Shown here: positions 43,414 to 54,053 of the stretch, one piece after another | Layout: every line of letters starts with the position of its first letter | Numbering within the stretch: position 1 is the first letter of the stretch | The notes under the pieces: generated by a model | The model's database searches: none | Seen by the model: the letters and a program-made list of their open reading frames with translations, nothing else | What the model was told of the DNA's origin: nothing | Source of the DNA: Syntrophus sp. (in: bacteria) | GTDB lineage: Bacteria > Desulfobacterota > Syntrophia > Syntrophales > UBA8958 | Reading direction: 5' to 3' | DNA: 64,000 nucleotides | Assembly (NCBI GenBank): GCA_025355725.1 | Contig: JANXZC010000158.1 | Span: 2,714 to 66,713 of the forward strand | Translations under genes and position numbers: made by a program

Positions 43414-44305
43414 TCAAGATACCATCTCGTCAATAATGGCCTTGACTGGCTTGATCTCCCTGATGAGCGAGGCCACCTGGCCGGCGCCGGCAGGGAAGAG
43501 ATCGAAGTCGCCGCTCATCCAACCCTTTGGGGCGTTCATCAGATTGTATTCCTGGGATAGATCGACGGCCGGATCGGCCGACAGATCGATCAGCTTCTTG
43601 TTGGGAATGACGCGCATCTTCATGTTTGTCAGGGGTACCAGCGTCGTGCCGCCGTCGCCGCAGGCCAGAATAGCTTCTTTCCATACCTGCGGGGCGGGCG
43701 CTTCTTCCGAGGCGATGAAGCGCGTCCCGATCTGTACACCCTGCGCCCCCAGGGCCAGCGCCGCCCGATAACCGCGCCGATCGGCAATACCCCCCCGCCG
43801 CCACCACGGGAATCTTCACATGATCGGCCACTAAGGGCACCAGGACCATAGAGGAGGATTCGGAGCCCATGGAACGTAAGCCCCCCGACTCCGATCCGGA
43901 AACGACAAGGCCGTCCACGCCTTCACTGGCGGCCCGGATCGCGTGGGGAAGGGCCAGAAGCACATGCAGCCCCTTCATACCCAGTTCGTGAAGGAGGGGA
44001 TAGATTTTCGCCGGTGATCCGGCCGAGGTAGTTACGGTTTTTACCCCCGCTGCGGCCAGGATTTTCAGGATCTCAGGATTGGCGGGGTTCATGATCATGA
44101 TGTTGGCTCCGAAAGGCTTGTCCGTGAGCTCCCGCACCCCGTCCACAAGCTTTTTCGTTTCCTCGGGGCTGCTGAACCCCAGGGCGATCATTCCGAAAGC
44201 CCCCGCCTCACAGACGGCAGCGGTCAGTCGGGGACTGTTCATGGCCGCAATGGGACCCTGAATGATGGGATAACGGCATCCTAACATTTCCAGTAATGCT
44301 GACAT
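43414..44305 (-). pseudogene. nitronate monooxygenase / FabK-like FMN oxidoreductase, frameshifted in a G7 (plus-strand C7) run
   Basis: The N-terminus YPIIQGPIAAM...FGANIMI... runs to KIPVVAAGG and then becomes nonsense (YCRSARLSGG...). Shifting one base at C7 (43790-43796) restores ...AAGGIADRRGYRAALALGAQGVQIGTRFIASEEA... and joins the ORF 43414..43623. Confidence 0.75.
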
Positions 44306-44356
44306 GGTATTACCTCCTGAGATTATTTTATTGCCGGCAAGGTTTCGCCTTGACCA

Positions 44357-45139
44357 TCAACCCTGCCCGACCTGCCTGTCCAAATAGTCATTCAAATGAA
44401 CCATTACCACATCTATCTCTTTTGAAGCCGGCAAACTCTTCCTGATGGCTTCCAAATATTGCCTTTCCTTGATTCTTTTTACCGTTATAGGAAAATTTAA
44501 ATCGTATATCCAGCCCAGTTGGAGCAGCTTGAAGTCGTTCAGGGTCCTCATTTTTTTCATGTCGACCAATTTATTCTTGGATAGATCGGACAGCATCTCC
44601 GTTGAATATCCCGGTTCATCAGGAAGGTCCAACTCAATAACGGCGTTTCTGCCGTTGCCGTTGTAGTAGGTGCTGATCAGGTCAAAGATGTCCAGCTTAT
44701 CGGCATCCCTGATCAATTTGCCGAATAAAATAACGCGGGGGGATTCCTCATCGGGTATCTTGAGGCGGTTGTGGTAGGAAATGGCTTTCTCGATGATCTC
44801 TTGAATGTCATTGTCAAGATGGTTCAGAATTTGGCCTTCCTGAAGAACCTTTACCCCGAGTTCGGCATGGTTTTCGGATTTCTTATCCAAGAAGGTATGA
44901 TAGCGGCTGAATTGTTCAAAGCGGCCGATGTCGTGCAATAGTCCTATCGTTTCCGCAAGGGCGAGGTCTTCATTATTCAGATTGAGCGACCTGCCGATTT
45001 CCCCACAGATTCGACTGACTTTCGCCGAATGCCTGATTTTCAGTTTGTAGGCTTCTTTGTAAGTTGAATTCAGGGAGGAATACCGATTGGTGTATTGAGA
45101 AAACCAGGACTTGAGATTTTGAAATTCCGCTTTGTTCAT
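44357..45139 (-). CDS. HD-domain metal-dependent phosphohydrolase
   Basis: HSAKVSRIC...GLLHDIGRFEQF...HAELG...IRDADKLD. Confidence 0.7.
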   Translation of the reverse strand: MNKAEFQNLKSWFSQYTNRYSSLNSTYKEAYKLKIRHSAKVSRICGEIGRSLNLNNEDLALAETIGLLHDIGRFEQFSRYHTFLDKKSENHAELGVKVLQEGQILNHLDNDIQEIIEKAISYHNRLKIPDEESPRVILFGKLIRDADKLDIFDLISTYYNGNGRNAVIELDLPDEPGYSTEMLSDLSKNKLVDMKKMRTLNDFKLLQLGWIYDLNFPITVKRIKERQYLEAIRKSLPASKEIDVVMVHLNDYLDRQVGQG

Positions 45140-45160
45140 ATATTGATGAATACTACTGAT

Positions 45161-45868
45161 TCAACTGCCGAATTTGTACCCCAGGCCGCGGACGGTCAGG
45201 ATGTACTCGGGCCTGTCCTTGTCTTTTTCGATAGCCCCCCGGAGGCGACTGATGTGGACATCAACCGTGCGGGGTTCGACAAAGGTTTCGTCGCCCCAGA
45301 CTCTGTCCAGGAGCTGATCCCGGGAATAGACCCGGCCCGGATGGCGGGTAAAGAAAGTCAGGAGTTTGTATTCCGTCGGCCCCATTTCCACTTTATTGCC
45401 GGCGACGGTAACAGCGCAGGCGGCATAGTCCAGATGGAGATCACGAAAAGAAAAGACTTCCGGCGCAGCCGGATCCGGACCCTTCCGGGTTTCCGCACGG
45501 CGCAGGATTGCCCGTACCCTCGCCACAAGCTCCCGGATACTGAAGGGTTTAGTGATATAGTCGTCGGCCCCCATTTCGAGGCCAACTACCTTGTCCAGGT
45601 CTTCTCCTTTTGCGGTCAGCATAATGACGGGAAGCCATTCCGTTTCGGGATGCCTGCGGATGATCCGGCAGATATCGAGTCCCTTAATGCCGGGAAGCAT
45701 AAGATCAAGGACGACCAGATCAAGCTTCCCGTTCTTGATCACGGCCAGCGCCTTTTCCCCGTCGCCGGCGGTCAAGACCTCATAGCCTTCCTTTTCGAGA
45801 TTATAAGCGATAAGATCAACAATGTCTTTCTCGTCATCGACAACAAGAATACACTTCCTGGCGGCCAT
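45161..45868 (-). CDS. phoB: OmpR/PhoB-family response regulator
   Basis: Receiver domain (ILVVDDEKDI...DLVVLDLMLPG...IMLTAKG) and a winged-helix output domain (LTFFTRHPGRVYSRDQLLDRVWG...VDVHISRLR...TVRGLGYKF). I chose the ATG at 45868. The phoB name is contextual. Confidence 0.75.
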   Translation of the reverse strand: MAARKCILVVDDEKDIVDLIAYNLEKEGYEVLTAGDGEKALAVIKNGKLDLVVLDLMLPGIKGLDICRIIRRHPETEWLPVIMLTAKGEDLDKVVGLEMGADDYITKPFSIRELVARVRAILRRAETRKGPDPAAPEVFSFRDLHLDYAACAVTVAGNKVEMGPTEYKLLTFFTRHPGRVYSRDQLLDRVWGDETFVEPRTVDVHISRLRGAIEKDKDRPEYILTVRGLGYKFGS

Positions 45869-46103
45869 AATTAATGGATGCTCCTTTACATACAACGATA
45901 ATTCTTATGATGAATTTTTTCAAGGGGAGATTATTTAAAATTGCAACTATTTATATTCTTTCGGCAACATTTAAAATCTGTTGCATTTTGAGAAGCAATC
46001 CGATAGATGACTTCCGAAATTGGAGCCGTGACAGATCCGGCGTCATACAGACAAGTAGTAAATTCATGAACAGAAGGTCAGGACCGTAGGGAGGGTACTA
46101 AGG

Positions 46104-46724
46104 ATGCGATTAATTCCCAGGGAAGAGAAATTTTACGACCTCTTCGAGGAGTTGGCCGAAAAAATCGACGAAGGGGCCAAGCTCTTTCTCGAGATGCTCC
46201 ATAACTACGACACTTTCACCACCAGGCTTGTCAAGCTTAAGGAACTGGAGCACGAGGCGGACGTCATTACCCACCGGACCTACGAAAAGATGCACAAAAC
46301 CTTCCTTACCCCCCTGGACCGGGAAGACATTTATGCCCTTGTCAACAAGATGGACAGCATTCTCGACTTGACGGAGGCCGCGGCCATCCGCATGTCCCTT
46401 TATAAAATCAAGGCCCCGGTGGAAGCACTCTTTGAGCAGGCGAAACTGCTGAATGTGGCCACAGAGAAAGTAAAAATGATCGTCCATGGCCTGCGGGACA
46501 TGAAAAACGCCCCGATGATCCTTGAGGCTTGCGTGGAAATCAATACCATCGAGAACGCCGGGGATCAGATCCTGAGAACTGCCGTGGGTCAGCTTTTTGA
46601 AAGGGAAACAGATCCCATCGAACTGATCAAATGGAAAGAGATTTTTGAAAGGTTTGAGGAAACTCTTGACATCTGTGAGGATGTCTCGAACATTGTTGAG
46701 GGTATCGTCCTGAAAAATGGTTAG
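46104..46724 (+). CDS. DUF47 / PhoU-like accessory protein of PiT transporters
   Basis: REEKFYDLFEELAEKIDEGA...HEADVITH...TPLDREDI...NAGDQILR. It sits immediately upstream of the PiT gene. Confidence 0.8.
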   Translation: MRLIPREEKFYDLFEELAEKIDEGAKLFLEMLHNYDTFTTRLVKLKELEHEADVITHRTYEKMHKTFLTPLDREDIYALVNKMDSILDLTEAAAIRMSLYKIKAPVEALFEQAKLLNVATEKVKMIVHGLRDMKNAPMILEACVEINTIENAGDQILRTAVGQLFERETDPIELIKWKEIFERFEETLDICEDVSNIVEGIVLKNG

Positions 46725-46762
46725 TGAAAAAAGATCGGTTTTCGATTCTTTAAAATATCGAC

Positions 46763-47764
46763 ATGGTTGACTCTTTCGGATTCGTCGTTTTTCTTATTGT
46801 CATCGCCTTGGCCTTTGATTTCATCAACGGCTTTCATGACGCCGCCAATTCCATCTCCACTATTGTCTCAACCCGGGTCCTCTCGCCCAAATATGCCGTC
46901 ATGTGGGCCGCTTTTTTCAACTTTGCCGCCATTTTTATCATCGGTACGCCCGTGGCCAATACTATGGGCGTCGGGATCATTCATCCCGAATCCATAGACA
47001 ACTATATCATTTTTGCCGCCCTTGGCGGGGCCATTGTCTGGAATCTCGTCACCTGGTATTACGGCCTCCCCAGCAGTTCCTCCCACGCCCTGATCGGTGG
47101 CCTCGTCGGCGCCGGCGTCCTGAAGTCGGGGATAGGCAACCTGGTTTGGGGAGGGCTTATCAAGACGGCCCTCTTTATCTTTTTATCCCCCGCCCTCGGG
47201 ATGTTTCTCGGATTGTGCATGATGACCCTCGTTCTGAATCTCAGCAGGAATTCCAATGTGGCCACTTCCATGCGCCTCTTCAGGAAGCTACAGTTATGTT
47301 CCTCGGCCATCAGCAGTCTCGGTCACGGCATGAACGACGCCCAGAAGACCATGGGCATCATTGCCATCATCCTCTACAGTAAAGGACTCATCGGACCTGT
47401 TTTTCATATCCCTTTCTGGGTCATCTTTGCGTGTTACACCGTCATCGCCCTGGGGACCCTCAGCGGGGGCTGGCGGATCGTCAAGACCATGGGGACCAAA
47501 ATCACCAAGCTCCAGCCCATCGGGGGCTTCTGCGCCGAGTTGGCGGCAGCCGTCTCCATCATCGGCGCCTCCCTGGGCGGGATTCCCGTCAGCACGACCC
47601 ATACCATCGCCGGGGCCATCATGGGCGTGGGGGCCACGAGAAGACTGACCGCCGTGCGCTGGGGTGTCGCCGGTACGCTTGTCTGGGCCTGGGTGTTGAC
47701 CATACCCGTCACCGCAGCAATCTCGGCTGTTATTTACAGCCTGAGCGTCGTCTTCTTAAAATGA
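46763..47764 (+). CDS. pit: inorganic phosphate transporter, PiT family
   Basis: FDFINGFHDAANSIST...GLPSSSSHALIGG...GHGMNDAQKTMG...PVSTTHTIAGAIMG. Confidence 0.9.
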   Translation: MVDSFGFVVFLIVIALAFDFINGFHDAANSISTIVSTRVLSPKYAVMWAAFFNFAAIFIIGTPVANTMGVGIIHPESIDNYIIFAALGGAIVWNLVTWYYGLPSSSSHALIGGLVGAGVLKSGIGNLVWGGLIKTALFIFLSPALGMFLGLCMMTLVLNLSRNSNVATSMRLFRKLQLCSSAISSLGHGMNDAQKTMGIIAIILYSKGLIGPVFHIPFWVIFACYTVIALGTLSGGWRIVKTMGTKITKLQPIGGFCAELAAAVSIIGASLGGIPVSTTHTIAGAIMGVGATRRLTAVRWGVAGTLVWAWVLTIPVTAAISAVIYSLSVVFLK

Positions 47765-47777
47765 TAGAGCAAGAGGG

Positions 47778-48389
47778 ATGAAAGAAAAGATTTTCTGGCT
47801 TGGCCATTCCAGCATCCGCATCGAGGGAGAACAGGTCATCTACATCGACCCCTGGAAGATCAAGGGGGAACCCAAGGCGGATCTGATCCTGGTTAGCCAC
47901 GGCCACCACGATCATTTCTCCCCGAGAGACATCGGAAAACTACAAAAGGAAAACACCATCGTCGTTGGCCCACCGGATTGCATGACCCAGCTTGCGGGCG
48001 ATGTCCGGCCGATGCAGCCGGGCGGCACCGTCACCATCGGCGACGTAAAAATTGAAGCCGTCCCCTCCTATACTCCCCAGAAACCTTTCCATCCCCGGGC
48101 AAATCAATGGCTCGGCTTTATTTTAGAGATGGCCGGCATGAGGATCTACTACGCCGGAGACACCGATTTTATCCCCGAGATGAAAGACATTAGGGCCGAT
48201 ATCGTCATCCTCCCCGTCGGCGGCACTTATACCATGACCGCCGAAGAAGCGGCCCGGGCCGTCGAGCTCATTCAACCTCAACTCGCCATCCCCATCCACT
48301 GTGGGGATATTGTCGGTGTAATGGACGACGCGGAGCGCTTTAAGAAACTTGCCGGGGTTCCCGTGGAAATCAAACTCGTCACAAGATAA
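47778..48389 (+). CDS. MBL-fold metal-dependent hydrolase (UPF0173-like)
   Basis: WLGHSSIRIEGEQVIYIDPW...DLILVSHGHHDHF...YYAGDTDF. Confidence 0.72.
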   Translation: MKEKIFWLGHSSIRIEGEQVIYIDPWKIKGEPKADLILVSHGHHDHFSPRDIGKLQKENTIVVGPPDCMTQLAGDVRPMQPGGTVTIGDVKIEAVPSYTPQKPFHPRANQWLGFILEMAGMRIYYAGDTDFIPEMKDIRADIVILPVGGTYTMTAEEAARAVELIQPQLAIPIHCGDIVGVMDDAERFKKLAGVPVEIKLVTR

Positions 48390-48407
48390 AAATATCGTTT
48401 GCAAACC

Positions 48408-48436
48408 TTGACACCGGGAATTTGATGTATATTTTA
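48408..48436 (+). promoter_or_regulatory. sigma70-like promoter upstream of groES (TTGACA-16/17-TATTTT)
   Basis: TTGACA at 48408-48413 and an AT-rich -10 around 48430-48436. No CIRCE inverted repeat is visible. Confidence 0.3.
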
Positions 48437-48509
48437 TGCTGCGAAATGTCCGGGAAACAAAATAGCGTTTAAAATCTTTAATAATATATTGATGAAAGGA
48501 GAGGACAGC

Positions 48510-48803
48510 ATGAAAATCAGGCCATTGCAGGACAGAGTCATTGTTGAGCGCTTGGCGGAAGAGGGAAAAACCAAAGGCGGCATCATCATCCCCGATACCG
48601 CGAAAGAAAAACCCATGGAGGGCAAAATTATCGCCGTGGGCAAGGGAAAGACCACCGAAGACGGCAAACTTGTCAAACTCGATGTCAAAGCCGGTGATAA
48701 GGTGCTTTTCAGCAAGTATGCCGGGACAGAAGTCAAGATCGACGGCAAGGAATACCTCATTATGCGCGAAGACGACATTCTGGGCGTCATCGAAGGCAAG
48801 TAA
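48510..48803 (+). CDS. groES: co-chaperonin GroES
   Basis: [35 protein letters not shown].... I chose the ATG at 48510, which lies behind AGGAGAGG. Confidence 0.95.
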   Translation: MKIRPLQDRVIVERLAEEGKTKGGIIIPDTAKEKPMEGKIIAVGKGKTTEDGKLVKLDVKAGDKVLFSKYAGTEVKIDGKEYLIMREDDILGVIEGK

Positions 48804-48814
48804 AACCTGACTGA

Positions 48815-50467
<1,653 letters not shown>

Positions 50468-50506
50468 TAAGTAATAAAACAACTTAAGCAACAGATATAA
50501 AGCCGA

Positions 50507-50538
50507 GCCCCCTGGAGAAACATTTCCAGGGGGCTTTT
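50507..50538 (+). terminator. rho-independent terminator after groEL
   Basis: A perfect 10-bp stem GCCCCCTGGA / TCCAGGGGGC with an 8-nt loop, followed by TTTT. Confidence 0.85.
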
Positions 50539-50613
50539 GCATTCTCCTTGAAAGCAATCATTTTCTATGATAGCCTTCCCGACTACAATTTTTGAGAATT
50601 GAAGGAGCGCGCC

Positions 50614-53412
50614 ATGGATTACAAAGAAAGCTTGAACCTGCCCAAGACCGATTTCCCCATGAAGGCCAATCTCGCCACCCGGGAGCCGGTGACGCTTGCC
50701 AAATGGGAAGAAATGAAAATCTACCACCAGATCCGCGCGGTCTCCAAAGGCCGGGAAGTCTATATTCTCCACGATGGTCCCCCCTACGCCAACGGCAACA
50801 TCCACCTCGGCACCGCCCTGAACAAGATTATCAAGGACATGGTCATCAAAGCCAAGAACATGTCCGGCTATGACAGCATCTACGTCCCCGGCTGGGACTG
50901 TCACGGTCTCCCTATTGAACATCAGGTGGACAAGGAACTGGGGGACAAGAAGTATGAGATTTCCCAGGCCGACAAGCGGCGCTTCTGCCGCGCCTACGCG
51001 GAACGATTCGTGGATCTTCAGCGGGGTCAGTTCAAGCGTCTCGGGGTCTTCGGAGAATGGGAAAACCCCTACCTGACCATGACCTACGACTATGAGGCCG
51101 TCACCGTCGCCGAATTCGGCAAGCTCTTCCTGAACGGCGACGTCTATAAAGGCAAGAAGCCTGTTTACTGGTGCGCCACCTGTAAAACCGCCCTGGCCGA
51201 GGCGGAGGTGGAGTACGGCGACCACACGACGCCGTCCATCTACGTCAAGTTCCCCATGATCTCCGACATCGCCGCCGTCCGGCCCAAATTGGCGGGAGAG
51301 AAAGTGAGCGTCGTCATCTGGACGACGACACCCTGGACGATTCCCGCCAATCTGGCCATCGCCTTCCACGAGGAATTTCTCTATGTCGCCGTCAAGGTGG
51401 AAGGGGAGGTCCTGATTTTAGCCAAAGACCTTCTCGATTACTGCCTCGACGCCTTCGGCTGGCAGGGCAAGCCCTTCGAAATCCTCGACGAGTTCCCCGG
51501 CGCCGTCATGGAAGGCCTCAAGACCCGCCATCCCCTCATTGACCGGGAAAGCGTTCTCATCCTCGCCCCCTTCGTTACCCTCGAAGCAGGTACAGGTTGC
51601 GTCCACATCGCCCCCGGCCACGGCCAGGAGGATTATGAAATCGGCATGAAGTACGGGCTGGACAACTACGCCCCTGTCGATGAAGACGGTTGCTTTACCA
51701 AAGACGTTGATGACTTTGCCGGGCTGTTCGTCTTCGACGCCAACGACCCTGTCAACAACAAGCTCAAAGAGGTCGGGGCGCTTCTGGGCCTCGTGGACAT
51801 CGACCATTCCTATCCCCACTGCTGGCGCTGCAAGAAGCCCATTATCTTCCGTTCCACGGAGCAATGGTTCATCTCCATGGAAAAGAACAGCCTCCGGAAG
51901 AAGGCGTTGGAAGCCATCTCCCAGGGGGAATGGATTCCCGCGTGGGGGATGGACCGGATCTACGGCATGGTGGAAAACCGCCCCGACTGGTGCATCTCAC
52001 GCCAGCGTCTCTGGGGAGTCCCGATCACCATATTCTACTGCAACGAATGCCAGCATGAATTGCTCACAAAAGAGATCCTCGATCACATCGTCGCCCTGGT
52101 TCGGGAACATGGGGCGGATGTCTGGTTCGAGCGGGAGGCGAAGGACCTGCTCCCCCCCGGAACCATCTGCCCGATCTGCAAGGAAGGCCATACCTTCCGG
52201 AAGGAAACGAACATCCTCGACGTCTGGTTCGATTCCGGCGTCAGCCACGCCGCCGTCCTGGAGACCCGTCCGGACCATCGCTCCCCTGCGGACATGTACC
52301 TTGAGGGAAGCGATCAGCACCGGGGCTGGTTCCATTCGTCGCTCCTCGAATGCGTGGGCACCCGGGGGCGGGCCCCTTACAAGACCGTCCTGACCCACGG
52401 TTTCGTCGTCGACGGCGAAGGCAAGAAGATGTCCAAGTCCGTCGGCAACGTCATCGAACCGGAAGAGATCATCAGCGAATACGGTGCCGAGATCCTGCGC
52501 CTCTGGGTGGCGGCGGAAGACTACACCGACGACATCCGCATCTCCAAGGAGATCCTCACCCGCCTCGTCGAGGCCTACCGGCGGATCCGCAATACAAGTC
52601 GCTACATCCTCGGCAACCTCTCCGATTTCGATCCCGACCAAGACCGGCTGGCCTATGAGGACATGGAAGAGATGGACCGCTGGGTCCTAAACCGCCTCCA
52701 GGAGATCATCCGCCGGGTTCGGGAGGCCTATGACAAGTATCAGTTCCACATGGTCTATTACACCCTCTACAACTTCTGCACCGTGGACCTGAGCGCCCTT
52801 TACTTAGACGTCCTCAAGGACCGTCTCTACACTTCCAAGGCGGCAGCCCGGCAGCGCCGCTCCGCCCAGACGGCGATGGAGATTATCCTCGAAACGATGA
52901 TGCGTCTCCTGGCCCCGATCCTCACCTTCACCGCTGAGGAGGTCTGGAGCGCCATGCCCGCCTATGCGGGAAAACCGGCGAGTATCCATCTCACCCAGTT
53001 TCCGGAAGTCAACCCGGCTTATCAGGATGAAGCCCTGGGCGAGAAATGGCGGTCCCTCATCGACGTCAAGGGGGAAATCTCCCGGGCCATCGAAACAGCG
53101 AGGAAGAACAAGGTTATCGGTCATTCCCTCGACGCCGCCGTGGCCATCGCCTTACCTGAGAAACTAAAGGAGCTTGTTGCGGGGCACCGGGAAGATCTGC
53201 GGACCCTCCAGATCGTCTCACAACTGGATGTGGTGGAAAAAGGCGCCCTCACCGCCGATCCCTACGAAAGCAAGGAGATCGAGGGCCTGTACGTTAGCGT
53301 TACCAAGGCCCGGGGCCAGAAATGCGACCGCTGCTGGATCTACAGCGAGGATATGGGGAAAGACCCGGAACACCCCACAATCTGCGGACGGTGTCTTCCC
53401 AATTTGAAGTAG
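50614..53412 (+). CDS. ileS: isoleucine--tRNA ligase
   Basis: MDYKESLNLPKTDFPM, the HIGH-type motif PPYANGNIHLGT, KMSKS, and a C-terminal Zn-finger Cys pair (KCDRCW...ICGRC). Confidence 0.97.
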   Translation: MDYKESLNLPKTDFPMKANLATREPVTLAKWEEMKIYHQIRAVSKGREVYILHDGPPYANGNIHLGTALNKIIKDMVIKAKNMSGYDSIYVPGWDCHGLPIEHQVDKELGDKKYEISQADKRRFCRAYAERFVDLQRGQFKRLGVFGEWENPYLTMTYDYEAVTVAEFGKLFLNGDVYKGKKPVYWCATCKTALAEAEVEYGDHTTPSIYVKFPMISDIAAVRPKLAGEKVSVVIWTTTPWTIPANLAIAFHEEFLYVAVKVEGEVLILAKDLLDYCLDAFGWQGKPFEILDEFPGAVMEGLKTRHPLIDRESVLILAPFVTLEAGTGCVHIAPGHGQEDYEIGMKYGLDNYAPVDEDGCFTKDVDDFAGLFVFDANDPVNNKLKEVGALLGLVDIDHSYPHCWRCKKPIIFRSTEQWFISMEKNSLRKKALEAISQGEWIPAWGMDRIYGMVENRPDWCISRQRLWGVPITIFYCNECQHELLTKEILDHIVALVREHGADVWFEREAKDLLPPGTICPICKEGHTFRKETNILDVWFDSGVSHAAVLETRPDHRSPADMYLEGSDQHRGWFHSSLLECVGTRGRAPYKTVLTHGFVVDGEGKKMSKSVGNVIEPEEIISEYGAEILRLWVAAEDYTDDIRISKEILTRLVEAYRRIRNTSRYILGNLSDFDPDQDRLAYEDMEEMDRWVLNRLQEIIRRVREAYDKYQFHMVYYTLYNFCTVDLSALYLDVLKDRLYTSKAAARQRRSAQTAMEIILETMMRLLAPILTFTAEEVWSAMPAYAGKPASIHLTQFPEVNPAYQDEALGEKWRSLIDVKGEISRAIETARKNKVIGHSLDAAVAIALPEKLKELVAGHREDLRTLQIVSQLDVVEKGALTADPYESKEIEGLYVSVTKARGQKCDRCWIYSEDMGKDPEHPTICGRCLPNLK

Positions 53413-53447
53413 TAATCGAAATGTTCGATCCCGTTTTTCTTTCATCT

Positions 53448-53468
53448 CCCTCCCCTTGAAGGGGAGGG
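53448..53468. repeat. GC-rich hairpin repeat, copy 1 (CCCTCCCC-ttgaa-GGGGAGGG)
   Basis: A perfect 8-bp stem 36 nt after the ileS stop. The same core recurs at 63944 and, degenerate, at 56115. Confidence 0.7.
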
Positions 53469-53515
53469 GAAAATATAAAGTTATCAACATGTTTCAATTT
53501 ATAATCTTGTAATTT

Positions 53516-54013
53516 ATGACAAAAAAGAATTTAATCTTCTTAGCGACCGTGGTGATACTGCTCATCCTGGACCAGGCAACGAAATACGTCATCCACACGG
53601 GTATGGCCCTCCACGAGTCCATCCCTGTCCTTCCGGGGTTTTTCAACATCACCTACATCCGGAATCCCGGGGCGGCCTTTGGTTTTCTGGCCGGGGCATC
53701 GCCGACCTTCCGCTATGTCTTCTTCATCGGCGTCACCGTCGCCGCCATCGGCCTCATCATCCATTACCTGAGGACCTATGCCGCCGGCGACCAGCTCCTG
53801 ACGATCTCCCTGGGAATGATCCTCTCCGGGGCCATAGGAAATCTCATCGACCGGGTCCGCTTCGGAGAAGTGATTGATTTTCTCGATGTCTATCTCGGCA
53901 CAACCCACTGGCCAGCCTTTAATGTCGCTGATTCGGCTATTTCCGTCGGCGCCTTTATCCTTTTCTTCCATCTTATCCTACAGAAAAAATCCGCCCCGGG
54001 GCCGCTTCCTTGA
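53516..54013 (+). CDS. lspA: lipoprotein signal peptidase (signal peptidase II)
   Basis: DQATKY...FNITYIRNPGAAFG...GAIGNLIDR...VIDFLD...WPAFNVADSAI. It follows ileS in the classic arrangement. Confidence 0.9.
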   Translation: MTKKNLIFLATVVILLILDQATKYVIHTGMALHESIPVLPGFFNITYIRNPGAAFGFLAGASPTFRYVFFIGVTVAAIGLIIHYLRTYAAGDQLLTISLGMILSGAIGNLIDRVRFGEVIDFLDVYLGTTHWPAFNVADSAISVGAFILFFHLILQKKSAPGPLP

Positions 54014-54053
54014 ACATGGGAAAACCACCATTACCCGGCAGCGGATAACTACC

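Noticed and set aside
45095-45874. 259-aa ORF antisense to phoB. The same applies to ORFs 40006-40701 (antisense phoU), 30356-31171 (antisense DsrK-like), 57351-58202 (antisense cbiM), 59356-60099 (antisense larB), 61567-62409, 14646-15461 and 11779-12606.
   Set aside because: Each is the mirror frame of a gene with clear family motifs. Their compositions are Arg/Gly/Pro-rich nonsense typical of antisense frames in GC-rich DNA.
48390-48509. Expected CIRCE (TTAGCACTC-N9-GAGTGCTAA) or sigma32 promoter upstream of groES
   Set aside because: No CIRCE-like inverted repeat or CTTGAAA/CCCCAT pair is present. Only a sigma70-like TTGACA element was found, and I report it at low confidence.
53874-54053. 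N-terminal extension of the trkH ORF overlapping lspA
   Set aside because: The extension is out-of-frame read-through of the lspA 3' end. MDLLTRLKIL at 54054 is a normal TrkH/KtrB start.
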